Under the pieces are notes generated by a model. That model had not been told where the DNA came from. It made no database searches and worked only from the letters and a program-made list of their open reading frames with translations. A program made the position numbers and the translations under genes. DNA of 64,000 bases. Source: Camelus ferus. Its lineage: Eukaryota. How positions within the stretch are numbered: the stretch's first letter is position 1; the number at the start of each line of letters is the position of its first letter. The stretch lies in the NCBI RefSeq assembly GCF_009834535.1, contig NC_045697.1, forward strand, positions 6,884,001-6,948,000, read 5' to 3'. Positions 46,981-60,064 of the stretch are shown here, piece by piece.

Positions 46981-49244
46981 TTTTTAAAATTGAAGTATAA
47001 TTGATTTACAATATTGTATTAGTTTCAAGTGTATAGCAAAGTGATTTAATGATATATATACATATACATATGTGAGAATGTATCTATATTCTTTTTATTC
47101 TTTTCCATTATATTTTATTACAAGATATTGAATACAACTTCCGTGCTATACAGTAAATCCTTGTTGTTAACTTTATATATGATAGTGTGCATTTGTGAAT
47201 CCCATATTCCCAATTTCTCTCTCTCCCCCTTCCCATTTGGTAACCATCAGTTTGTTTTCTGTGTCTGTGAGTCTGTCTCTGTTTTGTAAATAGTTCATTT
47301 TATCATTTTTTAGATTCCACATATAAGTGATATCGTATGTTTGTCTTTCTCAGTCTGACTTACTTCACTTAGTAGGATAATCTCTAGGTCTACTCATGTT
47401 GCTGCAAATGGCATTATGTCACTCTTTATGGCTGAGTAATATTCTATTGTGTGTGTATATATATCTTCTTTATTCATATGTTGATGGACACTTAGGTTGC
47501 TTCCACCTCTTGGCTATTGTAAATAGTGATACTGTGAATATTGGGGTGCATGTATATTTTTGAATTAGAGCTTTTATCTTTTCCAGATACATGTCCAGGA
47601 GCTGGATCCTATGGCAACTTTTCCTTTCGTTTTTTAAGGGACCTCCATACTGTTTTCCATAATGGCTGCACCAATTTACATTTCTACCAACATTACAGGA
47701 GAGTTCCCTTTTCTCCACACCTTCCCCAGAATTATTATTATTTGTTGACTTTTTGATGATGGCCATTCTGACCGGTGTGAGGTGGTGCTTCATTGTAGCC
47801 TTGATTTGCATTTCTTTGATAATTAGCAATGGTGAGCATTTTTTCACGTGCCTATTGGGCATCAGTATGTCTTTGGAGAAATGTCTATTTAGACTATTTA
47901 GGTCTTCTGCCCATTTTTTTTTTTTAATTTTTTGTTGTTGTTGTTGTTATTGAGTTAAATGAGTTTGTATATTTTGGAAATTAATCCCTTGTTGGTCAAA
48001 CCGTTTGCAGATGTTTTCTCCCAGTCTCCAGGCTGTGTCTCCATTTTATTCATAGTTTCATAGTTTCCTTTGCTGTGCAAAAGCTTTTAAGTTTGATTAG
48101 ATCCAGTTTGTTTATTTTTGCTTTTATTTCTGTTGCTTTGGGAGACTGACCTAAGAAAATATTGCTATGATTTATGTCAGTGAATATTTTTCCCATGTTC
48201 TCTTCTGGGAGATTTACAGTGGTCTGTCTTATGTTTAAGTTTTTAAGTCATTTTAAGTTTATTTTTGTGTATGATGTGAGGGAGTGTTCTAACTTCATTG
48301 ATTTACATGCTTTCCCAGCATCACTTGCTGAAGAGTCTGTTTTTTCTCCATTGTATATTCTTGCCTCCTTTGTTGAAGGTTAATTTTGTGGTTCCATAAA
48401 AACTTTAGAATTATTTGTTCTACTTCTGTGAAAAACATCTTGGATAATTTGATAGGGATTTTACTAAATCTGTAGATATTTTTGGGTAGTATGGCCATTT
48501 TAACTATATGAATTCTTCCCATCCAAGAGCATGGGATATGTTTCCATTTGAATCATCTTTGATTTTCTCTATCAATGTTTTATAGTTTTCAGTTGTTAAG
48601 ACTTACACTTCCTTGGTTAGGTTTAATCCTAGGGTTTTTTAATGCAATTTTAAAAGGAATTTTTTTTTTTAAATTTTCTCTTTCTGATATTTTGTTAGTT
48701 TAAAGAAATGCAACAGATTCCTCTATATTAATCTTGTATCCTGCTACCTTGCAGAATTTGTTTATTAGCTCTAGTAGTTTTTGCATGGAGTCTTTAGGAT
48801 TTTCTGCGTGTAGGATCATGTCATCTGCACATAGTGATCATTTTACCACTTCTCTTCCAATTTGGATACTTTTTATTTGTTTCTCTTGTTTGATTGCTAT
48901 GGCTAGTATTTCCAATATTATATTTAATAGAAGTGGTGAGAGTGGGCATCCTTGTCTTGTTCCAGAATTTAGCAGAAAGGCTTTTATCTTTTCACTGTTT
49001 AGTATTATGTTGCCTGTGGGTTAGTCATAGATGACTTCATTATGTTCTTCATTATGAGATATGTTCTCTCTGTACCCACTCTGGCAAGAGCTTTTAATCA
49101 TGAATGGATGTTGAATTTTTGAAAATGCTTTTTCTGCATCTATGCAGATAATTATGTGGTTTTTGTCTTTTCTTTTCTTGATATGGTCTATCACATTGAT
49201 TTGCATATGTTGAACCACCCTTGTGACCCTGGGCTAAATCCAAG
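46981..49244 (-). mobile_element. 5'-truncated L1 (cetartiodactyl type), ~2.26 kb, with TSD and an internal deletion
   Basis: ORF2 peptides in ORFs 47470..47862, 48295..48522 and 49021..49218 ([17 protein letters not shown]). TSD GTCCTTTTAATTCTT (46966-46980) / GTCCTTTTCATTCTT (49245-49259). Confidence 0.96.
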
Positions 49245-49599
49245 GTCCTTTTCATTCTTAACTGGCTAAAAGATTTTTTTTCCTAGTTCATGAGTGGATG
49301 GTTAATTGAATCTAATAATTTTTTTGTTGTTGTTCAGTAAGGTGCACTGATTAATATTTTAATGCTAAGTCAATAACTTTTTTTTGTCTAATTTTGCATT
49401 TGCTTTTATTAATAAGGTTGGCTTTTCTAGTTTCACACTTAAACATATGTTAGCTCCATAAAACTATTAAAAGACTTTATTCTTCCTGTTCTCTGAGTTT
49501 GTGTAGGTTGAATTGATTTATTCCTTGACTTTGATAAAGCACACCCATAAAGTCTCCAGATTTGATGTTTTGGGAGATGAAGTTAAATATTGTCAGTTA

Positions 49600-49820
49600 A
49601 CTTCTTTTATTTAACTCTTTGTCTTGAAATAATTTCAGACACACAGAAAAATTGTAAGAATAATACACTAAATTTCGATACACTCTTCACTCAGATATAC
49701 CCATGCTTAACATTTGACCATATTTGCTTTATCATAAATCAATGTGTTTCTTAACAACAGACATTCAGCCTTATTACCACAGTAAAATTATCAAAGTTAG
49801 AAAACAACACTGATACAAAC
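49600..49820 (-). mobile_element. L1MC-like 3' end fragment
   Basis: 'ttgaaataatttcagacacacagaaaaattgtaagaataatac...aacatttgaccatatttgcttt...aaattatcaaagttagaaaa'. Confidence 0.7.
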
Positions 49821-50099
49821 TGGCTAATTTCTTAATGATTAGAGGAATAGTCAGGTTTTATGTTTCTTCTTAAGTTGATTTTAGAAATATATTTACTTTA
49901 ACCTGCACATTAATCAGCATAAAACTGTTCACGATATCTTGTTTCTTCCCCCAGTAGTATCTGTTACCTTTAAGATATTGTGCTGTTTATCATTTTTATG
50001 ATTTTGTATTTATGTCGTATTTGTTTTATTGCTAAGTATTAATTATAGAATTTTGTTCATTTTTTTCGTGTTTGTAGGGAACCAAATTTTTCTCCTCCA

Positions 50100-51150
50100 A
50101 TTTAGATGCTATTTTTGTGCAGAGTGTTATTTGGATTTTGTTTTTTTTCAATACCAACAGTTAGGTATTATTGTTATTGTTTTATTGAGTCAATGTTAAC
50201 TTTTACTCACCCATATAGTCATTAATTTCTTTTCTCACCATTCCTTCTTGCAAGGCTGACCTTCCCTCTCGGATCACTTTCTTTCTTTCAAGGTACAACC
50301 ATTACAATTTTGTTGATGAAAGGCTTCTGGTGGTCAATTCTCTCAGTCACTATTTGTTTAAAATATCATTATATCACTCATGTCTGAGAAACAACGTTGC
50401 TCCAGATGGAATTTGAAGTTGACTGTTAAATACCTTGAGCAGTTTGGATGTCCACTGCCATGTTCACTAACTGACCTCTAATGCTGCTGCTAGAAGTCAG
50501 TTATTACCCTGTCCCTTTCTCAAGGTTATTTAAAGTCTTCTCATTTTAGTTAGTTTTCTATAGTCTTATTAGGGTGTCTCTGAGGGTGAATTTGTGTTTA
50601 TTTATCTTGTTTGAGTTATTTGGGCTTTGGGATCTGAAATTTATGTTTTCAACAATTCTTGAATGTCTTCAGCTGTTGTCTCACTGAACATTTTCTTGTG
50701 TCTATTATCTGCTTCTGATGCTGATTAGAACATTCTAGATCTTCATACTTTGTCCTCTCTTTCATATCTTTCTTTTCTTTGTCTCCTTGTGCTGAGTCCT
50801 GGATTTTTTTTTTTTTTTTTTTTACATTTTATCTTCCAGTTCATTAACTCTTTATCTCTTACTAAACCTTTTGCTTAGTATGTTTATTTTGCTTATAAGA
50901 TTTAATTCCTGTGGTTTTGATTACTAAAAGTTCTATTTAAATGATTTGAAGATCTATTTTGTCATGTTTATAGTCTCTTCCTCCTTACATATATTCTCTA
51001 GCAGCTCCTTTATTTCTTATTTATAAAACATGTTTTTAAACTCTATATTTCATAATTCTGAAACCTGAAATCTTTGTAATTCTGCTTGTCTTATTTGTTG
51101 TTCCCACTGTTTCTCAGGTACTTCGTGATGATGGGGTTTCCTTGTTTGGT
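50100..51150 (-). mobile_element. L1 ORF1-like / HAL1 remnant
   Basis: 'cttctggtggtcaattctctcagt', 'tctaatgctgctgctagaagtcag', 'tttatttatcttgtttgagttatttgggcttt' are typical of the reverse L1M/HAL1 ORF1 region. Confidence 0.65.
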
Positions 51151-52439
51151 TGTTTTTTTTTTTTATTGTATATGTGTGTGTTAGGGAGAAAGGCAGAGAA
51201 GGATGAGGGAGGGAGAGAGAGAGACATAGAGACAGAGATGGAGAGAGAGAGGGGAAGAGAGAAGGAGAGCTAGCACACAATGGAGTGTCTGCGTTCTTTG
51301 GGTCTTTAGTTTCTTTGAAACTCTTTGCACTGCTTCACTAAGATTTAGAGTATGTTTAAGTCAGCCATCTGGGGGACATCAATGATAGATCCTTTTGAAT
51401 AAAAAGACTGAGGTTTTTCCATAATACAGGCAGTTAAATATCTGCCAAAACAAATATAAAGGGAAGTTTCTGATTATGATTTTTAAAAGATTTTCCCCTT
51501 TTCCCTTCCAAAATCAAGACAGGCAGCCCTTTCAGTATGGGATTTAGCCTTCATCCTTTCACTGAGAATTTAGACCTTCGAAATCTCATCTTTATGAAGT
51601 TCTCCTAGAATCCCCACATTGGGCAGGCCTCGGGCTTTACTTCCTGTCTGGCTGGCAGGCTATCAGACTGCAAGTTCATGGTCACCAAAGGATTTCAGAC
51701 ATGCTCAGAGCAGAGTCGACTTTGGCATACCCTCACCCTTTGGTTTGCCACCTTCACCTGGCTTGGGGTCTCTACAGAATTATTCAACTCATGACGATCT
51801 GCACCCTTTTCTCCAATTCAATCAGTGCAGTTTCTTTTTAAATCCTTCTTTAAAAAAATGCATGAAATGTTTTGCATTGCAATTGTCTCCTGTTGAAAAG
51901 AAAATAAGGCAGGAAGAAATGGAGGGACAGAAAAAAAAAACACTCATTTAAATCATAATAGGCACACACATTTAATCTGAATTTTAAAATTAATATAATT
52001 ATCCCCAATTTTTCATTATTAAACAAAATTTTATGAGTATAATTTTCAATGACTTAGATAGCCTTCAACCCCATCTATCCAGGACTGACATGTAGCATTT
52101 GATCATTTAACTGCCCAATATTTGAGTCATTTCCACTCTCCTGATATTGTACACATTGTGATGGTCATATTTCTTTCCAGGAAACATACATTCCTAATTA
52201 CTAAGAATCTGTTATTAACAATGAATTAAAATTATTGCTATTTAGTACTTGTACCTACTGTGTGCTTTATCATTGGTGTACATTAAATACCTTGTGCCAG
52301 TGAAAAATATTAAAAATTAAGATCCTGTAAATGGATGAACTGCTCAACAAATTGATAAAGATCATGATACACACCTATGCATGCATAGATTAATAACACA
52401 CACAATATTTGATCAATAGCATAATGATATCTGTGTGGA

Positions 52440-52578
52440 GGAAGTGTGAGTGTGCATATCTATGTGTGAATATATGAGTGTGAGTATTTGTGAGTGTGTG
52501 TGGGTAGATATATTTAGACATATGTGGGAATGAATGTAAGTGTGAGTGACTATCTGCATGTGTGTCTTTATGTGTGTC
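52440..52578. repeat. Degenerate (TG)n tract
   Basis: Directly visible. Confidence 0.8.
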
Positions 52579-52704
52579 AAAATAAGAAAAACAGTGTTCC
52601 AGCTAAGGCTTTTCCATATAGCTGGAGACAGATTCAGTTGGAGGAGTATTTGTATAACCAACTGTGAAAAATGCATTTTATTTTCTCTCCTAGATGTGAG
52701 GAAA

Positions 52705-52870
52705 TGAGAAATCACTTGGGGAGTTTTTGTTTTTTGTTTTTTTAACTACAGCTTCTCTTTTAGCCCTATTCCCAGAAATTCTGATGCCATACAGCTGGTT
52801 TGGGACTTGGAAATACATTTTAAAAAACTGTTCAGGTGATTTGGACAGTTAGGTTTGTGATACGCTGAAT
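52705..52870. mobile_element. MER5-like hAT-Charlie MITE
   Basis: 'aatcacttggggagttttt...cccagaaattctgat...aaatacattttaaaaaactgttcaggtgatt...ggtttgtgatacgctg'. Confidence 0.7.
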
Positions 52871-53087
52871 TATTTCAAATGTCTTTTGATATTGATCAAG
52901 ATGAACTCAGAAGCTAGTGAGTGATAGATTCTGGATTAGAACTCAGTTTCTTGCCCTCTGGAGCAGTATTGGAAACAATAACAATATTCAAACTTGAGAA
53001 TTCACTCTTTCTCTGTATAGTCAGTCTATTCACTGTTTATTAGATGGAATATACATGTTTTGATGAGTGTCTTGCTTCACTGACCAA

Positions 53088-53118
<31 letters not shown>

Positions 53119-54906
53119 TGAAATGGGACTTAATTCCCCAACCTCCTAAACACAAGACTTCCGTCCTCCACCCAGAGAAAAACAAAATTTCCACTTAAAA
53201 GGTGTTCTGATGTTGATTAGTTGAGACTAAAGTCCCACATAACTTAACTGCTTGTAAATAAAGTCATAGCTAATGGCTCTTCCTGGATTCAGCCAAAGAA
53301 CTAGTGAGCAGTGTCTAAAGAAACATCTGTCTTTTCATATGTATGAACAGTTTTTGTTATAAATCCTACAGGATTCTTGAGATTCATTGTGAAGGAAAAT
53401 CTGTATGATCATGTTAAAGGCCATCTGCTTTGAATGTAAGATCGTCACCTGGCTGGGCTTCCTGGAGCGCTGTGTCCAAAAGGAAATAATAAACACACTG
53501 TGAAAGTTCATAACACTGCTGGGTTTTTTCCCCCCAAGATTAATAATGTAGATGCCTTTCTTTCCCCTAGATTGAAATGTGGTTCAGAAAGAGCTGAAGT
53601 TTTTCCACTCCTTTTGGGCAATTTTCATCTCTTTGAAGTAACGCTACCTTGTAGATAGGAACAATTTTTAGAGATCTAAAGCTTTGGCTATCAACAGTGG
53701 GAAATTTATTTTTATCAGTTCTTTTTCACCCCCATTTGATATATTGTTGGGCTCTTGAAAATATCAGTTGAACACCATGCAAAGGAATATTTGTCAAGTT
53801 GTCAGCACCTTGTGATTAATACGAATGTGGATTGGGGAGAAAGAAAAAAAAAAAGCTCAGTTGATATTATTTGAGTTTTGAAACCACAGGGACATCAAAG
53901 TCTTTCTTGATGTTGCTGCAAAATGTTACCAAAGCAATTACATTTTACACTCTTTCTTCTAAGAGTGGCATCACACGGAAAACTTTGCAACTTTGTAAGA
54001 TACAAAGGTGCCGCTGGAGAAATTTATTGTTGAAAACTCAGAAAGCAATTTCCTAAGAGAGTTGAAGTGACTTCTTTGTCTATGTAAAAAGCATCAGATG
54101 AAGTAAACTAGGGAAAAATCTATTTTCTCTGTACATTCCAGTTAAGATGTTGTTTGCAATTGTCAGCGCTACAGACTCACCATTCTCTTCGCAAATGCTT
54201 GCAGGCATCAAAATACCATTTTTCCAGGTGAGAGCGGAGACACAGAATTTTCCTACTTGCTCACATGCATACACATGTGTAACTCCTTTCCTGAACTCTG
54301 TCTCTTTATTTTTACTTATTTTTCCGCTTTCCATTTATTCTTCCAAGATATAAGCTTGAAGCTAGAATGCTGAAATTAGGGGGCATTCTTACTGTAATCC
54401 AGAGCCTGAGATTTGGATAGGAAGTTAAAAGTAAGAATATCTTGGTCTCCACTACTTATGAACTGTGTAAACTCAAATAAGTTGGTCATCTATTCTGAGT
54501 CACAGATTCTGAATGAAGACATAAGTCCTATCATAGAGTCATGGAGCACAAATGAGCCCACGAAGTGTGTCACATTTACATGTTTTGTATATATATATAT
54601 ATACACACACACCAAAGAATACATTGTAAGGACTGAAAGCTCTATGCTGCATTATTATTTTTTGTATGCTATTATTCTCTCCGAAGCAAGATTTTTAAGT
54701 TCCTCTGGGCAAGGAACCGAGTGCCTGCTTTCTTTTCATTTTGCTAAGCCATGTTTTGAGCTCGGAGGACGCAAGTCTATACGTTAGTGCAGACTGCTTG
54801 TTAGGTTTGCTTCATTGATTGAGTAGCTGGAATAGCAACACTCATTTTCTCTTGACTTGGCACTTCAGTTAGTTTGATTTTCAACCGTGACCATAATTCC
54901 CCCAGC

Positions 54907-54937
<31 letters not shown>

Positions 54938-55089
54938 GGGAATTCCAATCAAGCAAGACCAGGCATGGGTAGCTTCTCTGCATTACTCCTGTGTTAAGCA
55001 TTAACAAATACTAATCTTCAGTCATGAGGTCAGGAACAGAGGCCATCACTGCGCTCAGAGAGGAGCCTTGGCAGGGAAGCCTAGACTCA

Positions 55090-55260
55090 CACTGACAAGA
55101 ACCAGGGTTAATACCAAACTTCGTCAGCTCTTAGCTCTGTAAGATGCCAAGTCACTTGCCTTTGTCTGAGCTTGGATTACATCTTTGCAAAATAGTATTA
55201 GTGATAAGTGTTCTGCTTATCTCATAGATGTCTTAAGGAGTAAGCATTTGTCAAATGCTG
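55090..55260 (+). mobile_element. MIR fragment
   Basis: 'ttagctctgtaagatgccaagtcacttgcctttgtctgagc...atctttgcaaaatag...atctcatag'. Confidence 0.65.
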
Positions 55261-55519
55261 AAAGAATGAAAGAGAAGCTCATTCTTTAATGTTGCATGTG
55301 CATTTAAGGAGGATTAGAGCCTTCCTCCCTGAAAGAACACATTTTTATTCAACCATTTATTCACAGATTAGAAAAGTTTAGATTCTATTCTGTTCTAGAT
55401 CAAGCCCAGATGTGGAACCTCTATTTCTTCTGTTTCAAGCAAAGAGAATGGGCCTGGGGCAGCTTTTCTCTTTCTCCTGCCTGCTTGATGTGATATTGGG
55501 AAATACTGTGTTCTGGGAG

Positions 55520-55685
55520 GAAGAGCCCAGGGTGCGATGTTGGAAGTCGAGGGGAAATTCCAGTTCTGCCATTTGTACTTTTACTTCAGGCCAACCTTTG
55601 CCTTTCCTGAGTTTCCTCGGTCAAATAGCAGGGTCTTCTCTGTCTCTCCTGGAGTTATTCAGTGGGTTCAAAAGGGAAGAAATGC
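55520..55685 (+). mobile_element. MIR fragment
   Basis: 'ttccagttctgccatttgt...cctgagtttcctcggtcaaatag'. Confidence 0.55.
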
Positions 55686-56842
55686 TGCCACAGTTACTCT
55701 CATATCCCCTTGACTGTCCACCTATGCCCACTGGATTTGGGGAAATTTCAGGGAGAGGTGCCCATTAGGAAACCTGGAGATACTGAATTCATTTAAAAGG
55801 AAACTCAAAGCAAGTGGTTATACATTCTATGGTTTGCCTCTGATTTTCAGATTAATAGACTTCATTAAGCTGGTCCCATCACCTGTGAGTAGATATCAGC
55901 GTGTGTGTGGGGTGGGGTGTGTACCATTACGTCCGATGAGTCTGATTCTCAGTCAGGTAGAATCCTTTCAAGTTTTCAGTTGCTCCACTTATAAGTGATG
56001 GTTTGCACCAAACCACCTCTGGAAGAAATGCATTTCATGAGATATTAGTTTTATACTTCAGCAAAGTCTCTTGGGAGGCAGAAAGGCTGAGACAGAGGAC
56101 TCTTATAGGAACATGTAGACAGAAAAAGACTTACAGAACAGGGAACAAAATATAACAGGCAGTCCTCGCACAATGGGTTACTCATGTTACAAAAAATCAT
56201 AAAACTGGTTGGCTCTGGGGAAAGAGAATCGTGAACCTGGAGGTGAGCTTCAAAGTCCTCTGAAGAACTAGCCCAGTCCATTTCTGAACCTGAGTTTTGC
56301 TTGCACAAGTGTTCACTGCATGGTTATTTGTAAACGGTCCATGCATGGATTTTACCTTTTCAAATGTACACTTCACAATAAATTTATTTATGACTTAAAA
56401 GGGATAAGAGGTGAAATATTGTGAACCCACGATCTTAAGTAGGATGAATGGGAAATGGTTACTGATCTAAAATTACAAACTGGAGTTAGAATAAAACATA
56501 TCAAGTTGAGCTGGTTGAACTGATATTGGTGGCTGCCTGAAAGACCAACATAGGCTGCCTCTAGGTTGATTTAGCTTTTTATCATATTTATGTTAGCAGA
56601 AACAGGCAAAGAAAACACAAAAGGGTCAATACAGTGACTGTTTATGAACTTGGACCAAACAGCTATTGCTAATTAATTTATCTCAGTAAATAACTGCCAA
56701 AGTGGTAACAGGAATTTATTAAAGATGTTCTATTTTCCCACAGAGACATTCTTTTACGTTTAAGGTTCACTCACACCCAGGACTCAGAAACTAACTCTAA
56801 GTTTAGTGCGGGCAGTAAGCAATCATGTGAACTTATACCCAG

Positions 56843-57254
56843 TGGGAGACAGACAGTAAGGGTGGACAATGGCCAGACCACAGGTAACAACAGGACTGTG
56901 ACCAGCAATCTCTGCAGCATCTGGCTGCAAGAGGTCAGGACTTGGTCAGTGACTGCCTGCTTCCCTGATTTTTGCCCTGCCCACTTTCAACTCAGGGCCA
57001 ATCAGAGAAAGGCAAAAACATGTGGCCCTGAAATCAAGCACATGGACTCAGCCAGAAAGCCTACAAACCAGCTTCCCGAACCTCCGCTCAGCGCACTCCT
57101 GAGGCTTTCTCTTTCTCCTCTGTAAGGCTTCCCCACTCCTCTGACTGCCTTTGAGTCTCTGCTAAACCCAAGTGGTGGTGGTGGAGGCCCTTGCAAAGTC
57201 TAAATTAACAGCCTCTGCCTGTTCTCATTTTGGTTGTCTTTGTTAATTTCTCCA
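56843..57254 (+). mobile_element. ERV1-class solo LTR
   Basis: TG...CA ends; 'acaatggccagacca', 'ggtcaggacttggtcagtgactgcc', 'ccactcctctgactgcctttgagtctctgc'. 4-bp flanks CCAG/GCAG (3 of 4 match). Confidence 0.8.
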
Positions 57255-57520
57255 GCAGTTGCTGCCGCCACCCAATACTCATTAACAGACAAACGAAAAC
57301 CCAACAGTTACATTAAGAGCCTCCCATCTCGTGCCTAGTTCATCCTTCTTTCATTAATTTTTGCAAAAGAAGTAACATTGATGGAAAAAAATATGTTTAA
57401 TTATATTATACCCATTCACTTCAATATCAAGTGAGAATTAGTCATGATTAGTACAAATACAGTTTAGCAACAGGCAGTGATCTTGAGGTAAGTAAAATAA
57501 AAAAAGGTTTAAAAGACCTG

Positions 57521-57580
57521 GGTGTGTAAGTGCATATATGTGTATACACACGCGCACACACACACATGCATGCGCATGAT
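57521..57580. repeat. (TG)/(CA) alternating purine-pyrimidine repeat
   Basis: Directly visible. Confidence 0.8.
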
Positions 57581-58174
57581 GTAAAGGGACCCATTCAGAA
57601 AATAAATATGGAAAATAAGAAATAATAGGTTTGCTTTGTGATTAGATTGTGGGCTGCATTTTGAGTTTTTTATTCTTGTTACAATATTCTTTGTGAATTT
57701 GTTTTTAAAAGTGAAGGAACAACTCTTGCCTAAAAGGATTCAACAGGTCCTCCAGGTCTGTTCTGTGACAGAAGCCTTTGTATCTTGCTTAATTGCCACT
57801 CCTAACAACCCACTGAACATCCTTCACACACTGTAGAGCACTCTGATGCTTATCCTACAAGAAAATTTTTAATATCAAACAACCTGTTTTATATGCCTAA
57901 ATGGGGCACTGGCTGAGGTGCACTGATTTTTGAACTTTAAGGATTGTGTGTTTGTCATGGTGCAACTGAGCACACCTTCTGATGCTGCCACTTCTGCTGA
58001 CAAAGACGGTCCAGGATGGATCAATGGAAGAAAGCTGAGCTGGGCATCCTCTTGCTCTGATTACAGCAAATTACACTGACATGGGACTTATGAGTGACTA
58101 GAAAACCATGTAAAGCCATGAGAAATACCTACAAAATATGATATATTCAGCACTTAATCAAACCTTAAACAATG

Positions 58175-58332
58175 GAAAGAACCAGGATTCAGGAAAGAAC
58201 CCTGTAACTAACAAAGCGTGAGCCATCTTAGGTGATTTGTGTACTTTGAGGTTCCCTGTTTCCCACTGGGTAAGACAGGATTTAGTATGTGATGATTTCA
58301 GGGGACCCCTGGAGCTGTGGCATTCTATTCCA
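58175..58332 (+). mobile_element. MIR (MIRc/MIR3-like) fragment
   Basis: 'ccctgtttcccactgggtaagacagg...gatgatttcaggggaccccctggagctgtggcattcta'-like core and 3' end. Confidence 0.55.
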
Positions 58333-59227
58333 GTATAGCTCCAGATACTGCACCAGACTGCATATTACTTCTATCTGGCCTTGTATCATTAATCCTCAAC
58401 TGCACTGCTATACTGGTAGGAGAAGAGACTCATCAGATCAGAGAAAAAAAATCTAAGAATGTTAGGAGCTGGAAAGAAAAAAAAAGCTAATTTGTCTGTT
58501 ACAGTTCATTTCACATGTAGAGGGAGTTAAGATGGGAAAAGTATATCGCAGAAGGTAATTACATTTTGTCTGTAATCAATAGAACACACTGGGGAGAGAA
58601 AAGCTACTTGTATTACACTTAGAATTAGGGGCTTCACATTGTAGCTTGAATTATCCTCGGTCACAGCAGCTGGAACAAGGCTGTCAAAGCCCTAGCGTAT
58701 TCCAGAGTTTTCAACTCAAGCTCTGTCTTCTCTCCAAATCTCTGCACCCCGGCAGGCAAAAGCATCAGGTCACAACCATGATGTAGATCAGACTCAAGCA
58801 CTGTGATCAGTCCTGAAGTGTGATGGGAATCACTTGTCACTATTAATATTTAATTAACTCATGATATCAAATGATTAATTTGAAACATGTAAATCAGTGA
58901 GGTTGATTGCATTATGAAATGCATCTTGAGTGAGCAAGGGTGCGGTAGAATTAGATTTAGTGGACTGATGGCTGTGCTTATCATGGGGTGTGTCCACTGG
59001 GATGTCACATGTGTGAGTGCTGGTGTGTGTCAGAGTGAGAAGAATCTGCTGATCACTGGGCTGACTGACAGGTGCCTTCACTGCTGCAAGTCTAAAACAG
59101 GACGTGTGCTGTCACCAGAAATTCTCAACTGTGGTCCTCATGCCAGTAACAGCATCTCATCGCCCTTTCCAAGATGCCCAGCTGAGAACCTCAGAGTCAT
59201 CTTTAATTTCTCTATTGCACAGGACAG

Positions 59228-59665
59228 TAGTCTTTTGATTGTAGGGGTTGGAAGTACAGTTCAAAAAAGCTTCCAAAAAGACTGACTATAGTGGTCTGTG
59301 TTACCTGAATTACAGCTTTTGACTCAGCTGGATCTGAGGATTCCAGCAGTATCTTCAGGTGCTTGCTTTTCTTTCCCTTGTCTCCTCTAGAATTTTCTCT
59401 AAGCTAACTTCATTCTCCAACTGTTGTTCTCCATTTAGAAAAATACGGCAAAGGGTAGCTTGGGGGTTAAGTTGTTCTTCCATTTTCCCTAGGAAAGAGC
59501 AGATCGTTTTCCCAGTAATCCCAGACAACCTATATCAGTCTTTACTAGCTGTGCCCTTCACCCCAACAAGATGGGGCACTCCAGTTGGCCAACCTGAATT
59601 CTGTCCATTCCCCTGATTTGCCCACATGATTGGAGACTTGACCAGTGCATGAGAGAAAGACACTG
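59228..59665 (-). mobile_element. MaLR LTR (MLT1K/L-like)
   Basis: 'cagctggatctgaggattccagcagtatc', 'cctgaattctgtccattcccctga...tgattgg'. Confidence 0.5.
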
Positions 59666-59749
59666 AGCATCAGAAAGTGACAGGTGTCAGGTGCATCCAC
59701 ATTTCTTTTACCCAATGGCCAAGGAACTGGCAAGTCATATGGATTTTAC

Positions 59750-59995
59750 ATTTTAAATGCATCTTGGTCATTTCCTCCTTTAAATTCCACTGCTATTCTC
59801 TGAGTTGAGGGTCTTACCATTTCTCATCTGGGCAGCTTCCTTAGTTTGTTAATGGATCCCTGTATATTTTCAAGATCTTCTCTTATAACTTCAATACACC
59901 TCCTGACAGCTCCTTCCCAATTCCTCTCTGGGTGCATTATTCTTGAGACACACCGATCTATTCATCATATCCATCATGTTCCTTGATGCCTACCT
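59750..59995 (+). mobile_element. L2 fragment
   Basis: 'ttccactgctattctctgagttgagggtcttaccatttctcatctgg'. Confidence 0.55.
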
Positions 59996-60064
59996 TCTTT
60001 GGTAGACTGTGACAAGACTGTTCAGTACCTTTCCTCCTTGGTGACTGTGAAAATCACTGATCAT

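Larger units (their letters stand above)
45630..50090 (-). mobile_element. Old L1 ORF2 remnant (L1M) hosting several later insertions
   Basis: Collinear reverse ORF2 text on either side of each insert: 45630-45963, 46437-46980, 49260-49595, 49820-50090. Confidence 0.7.
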
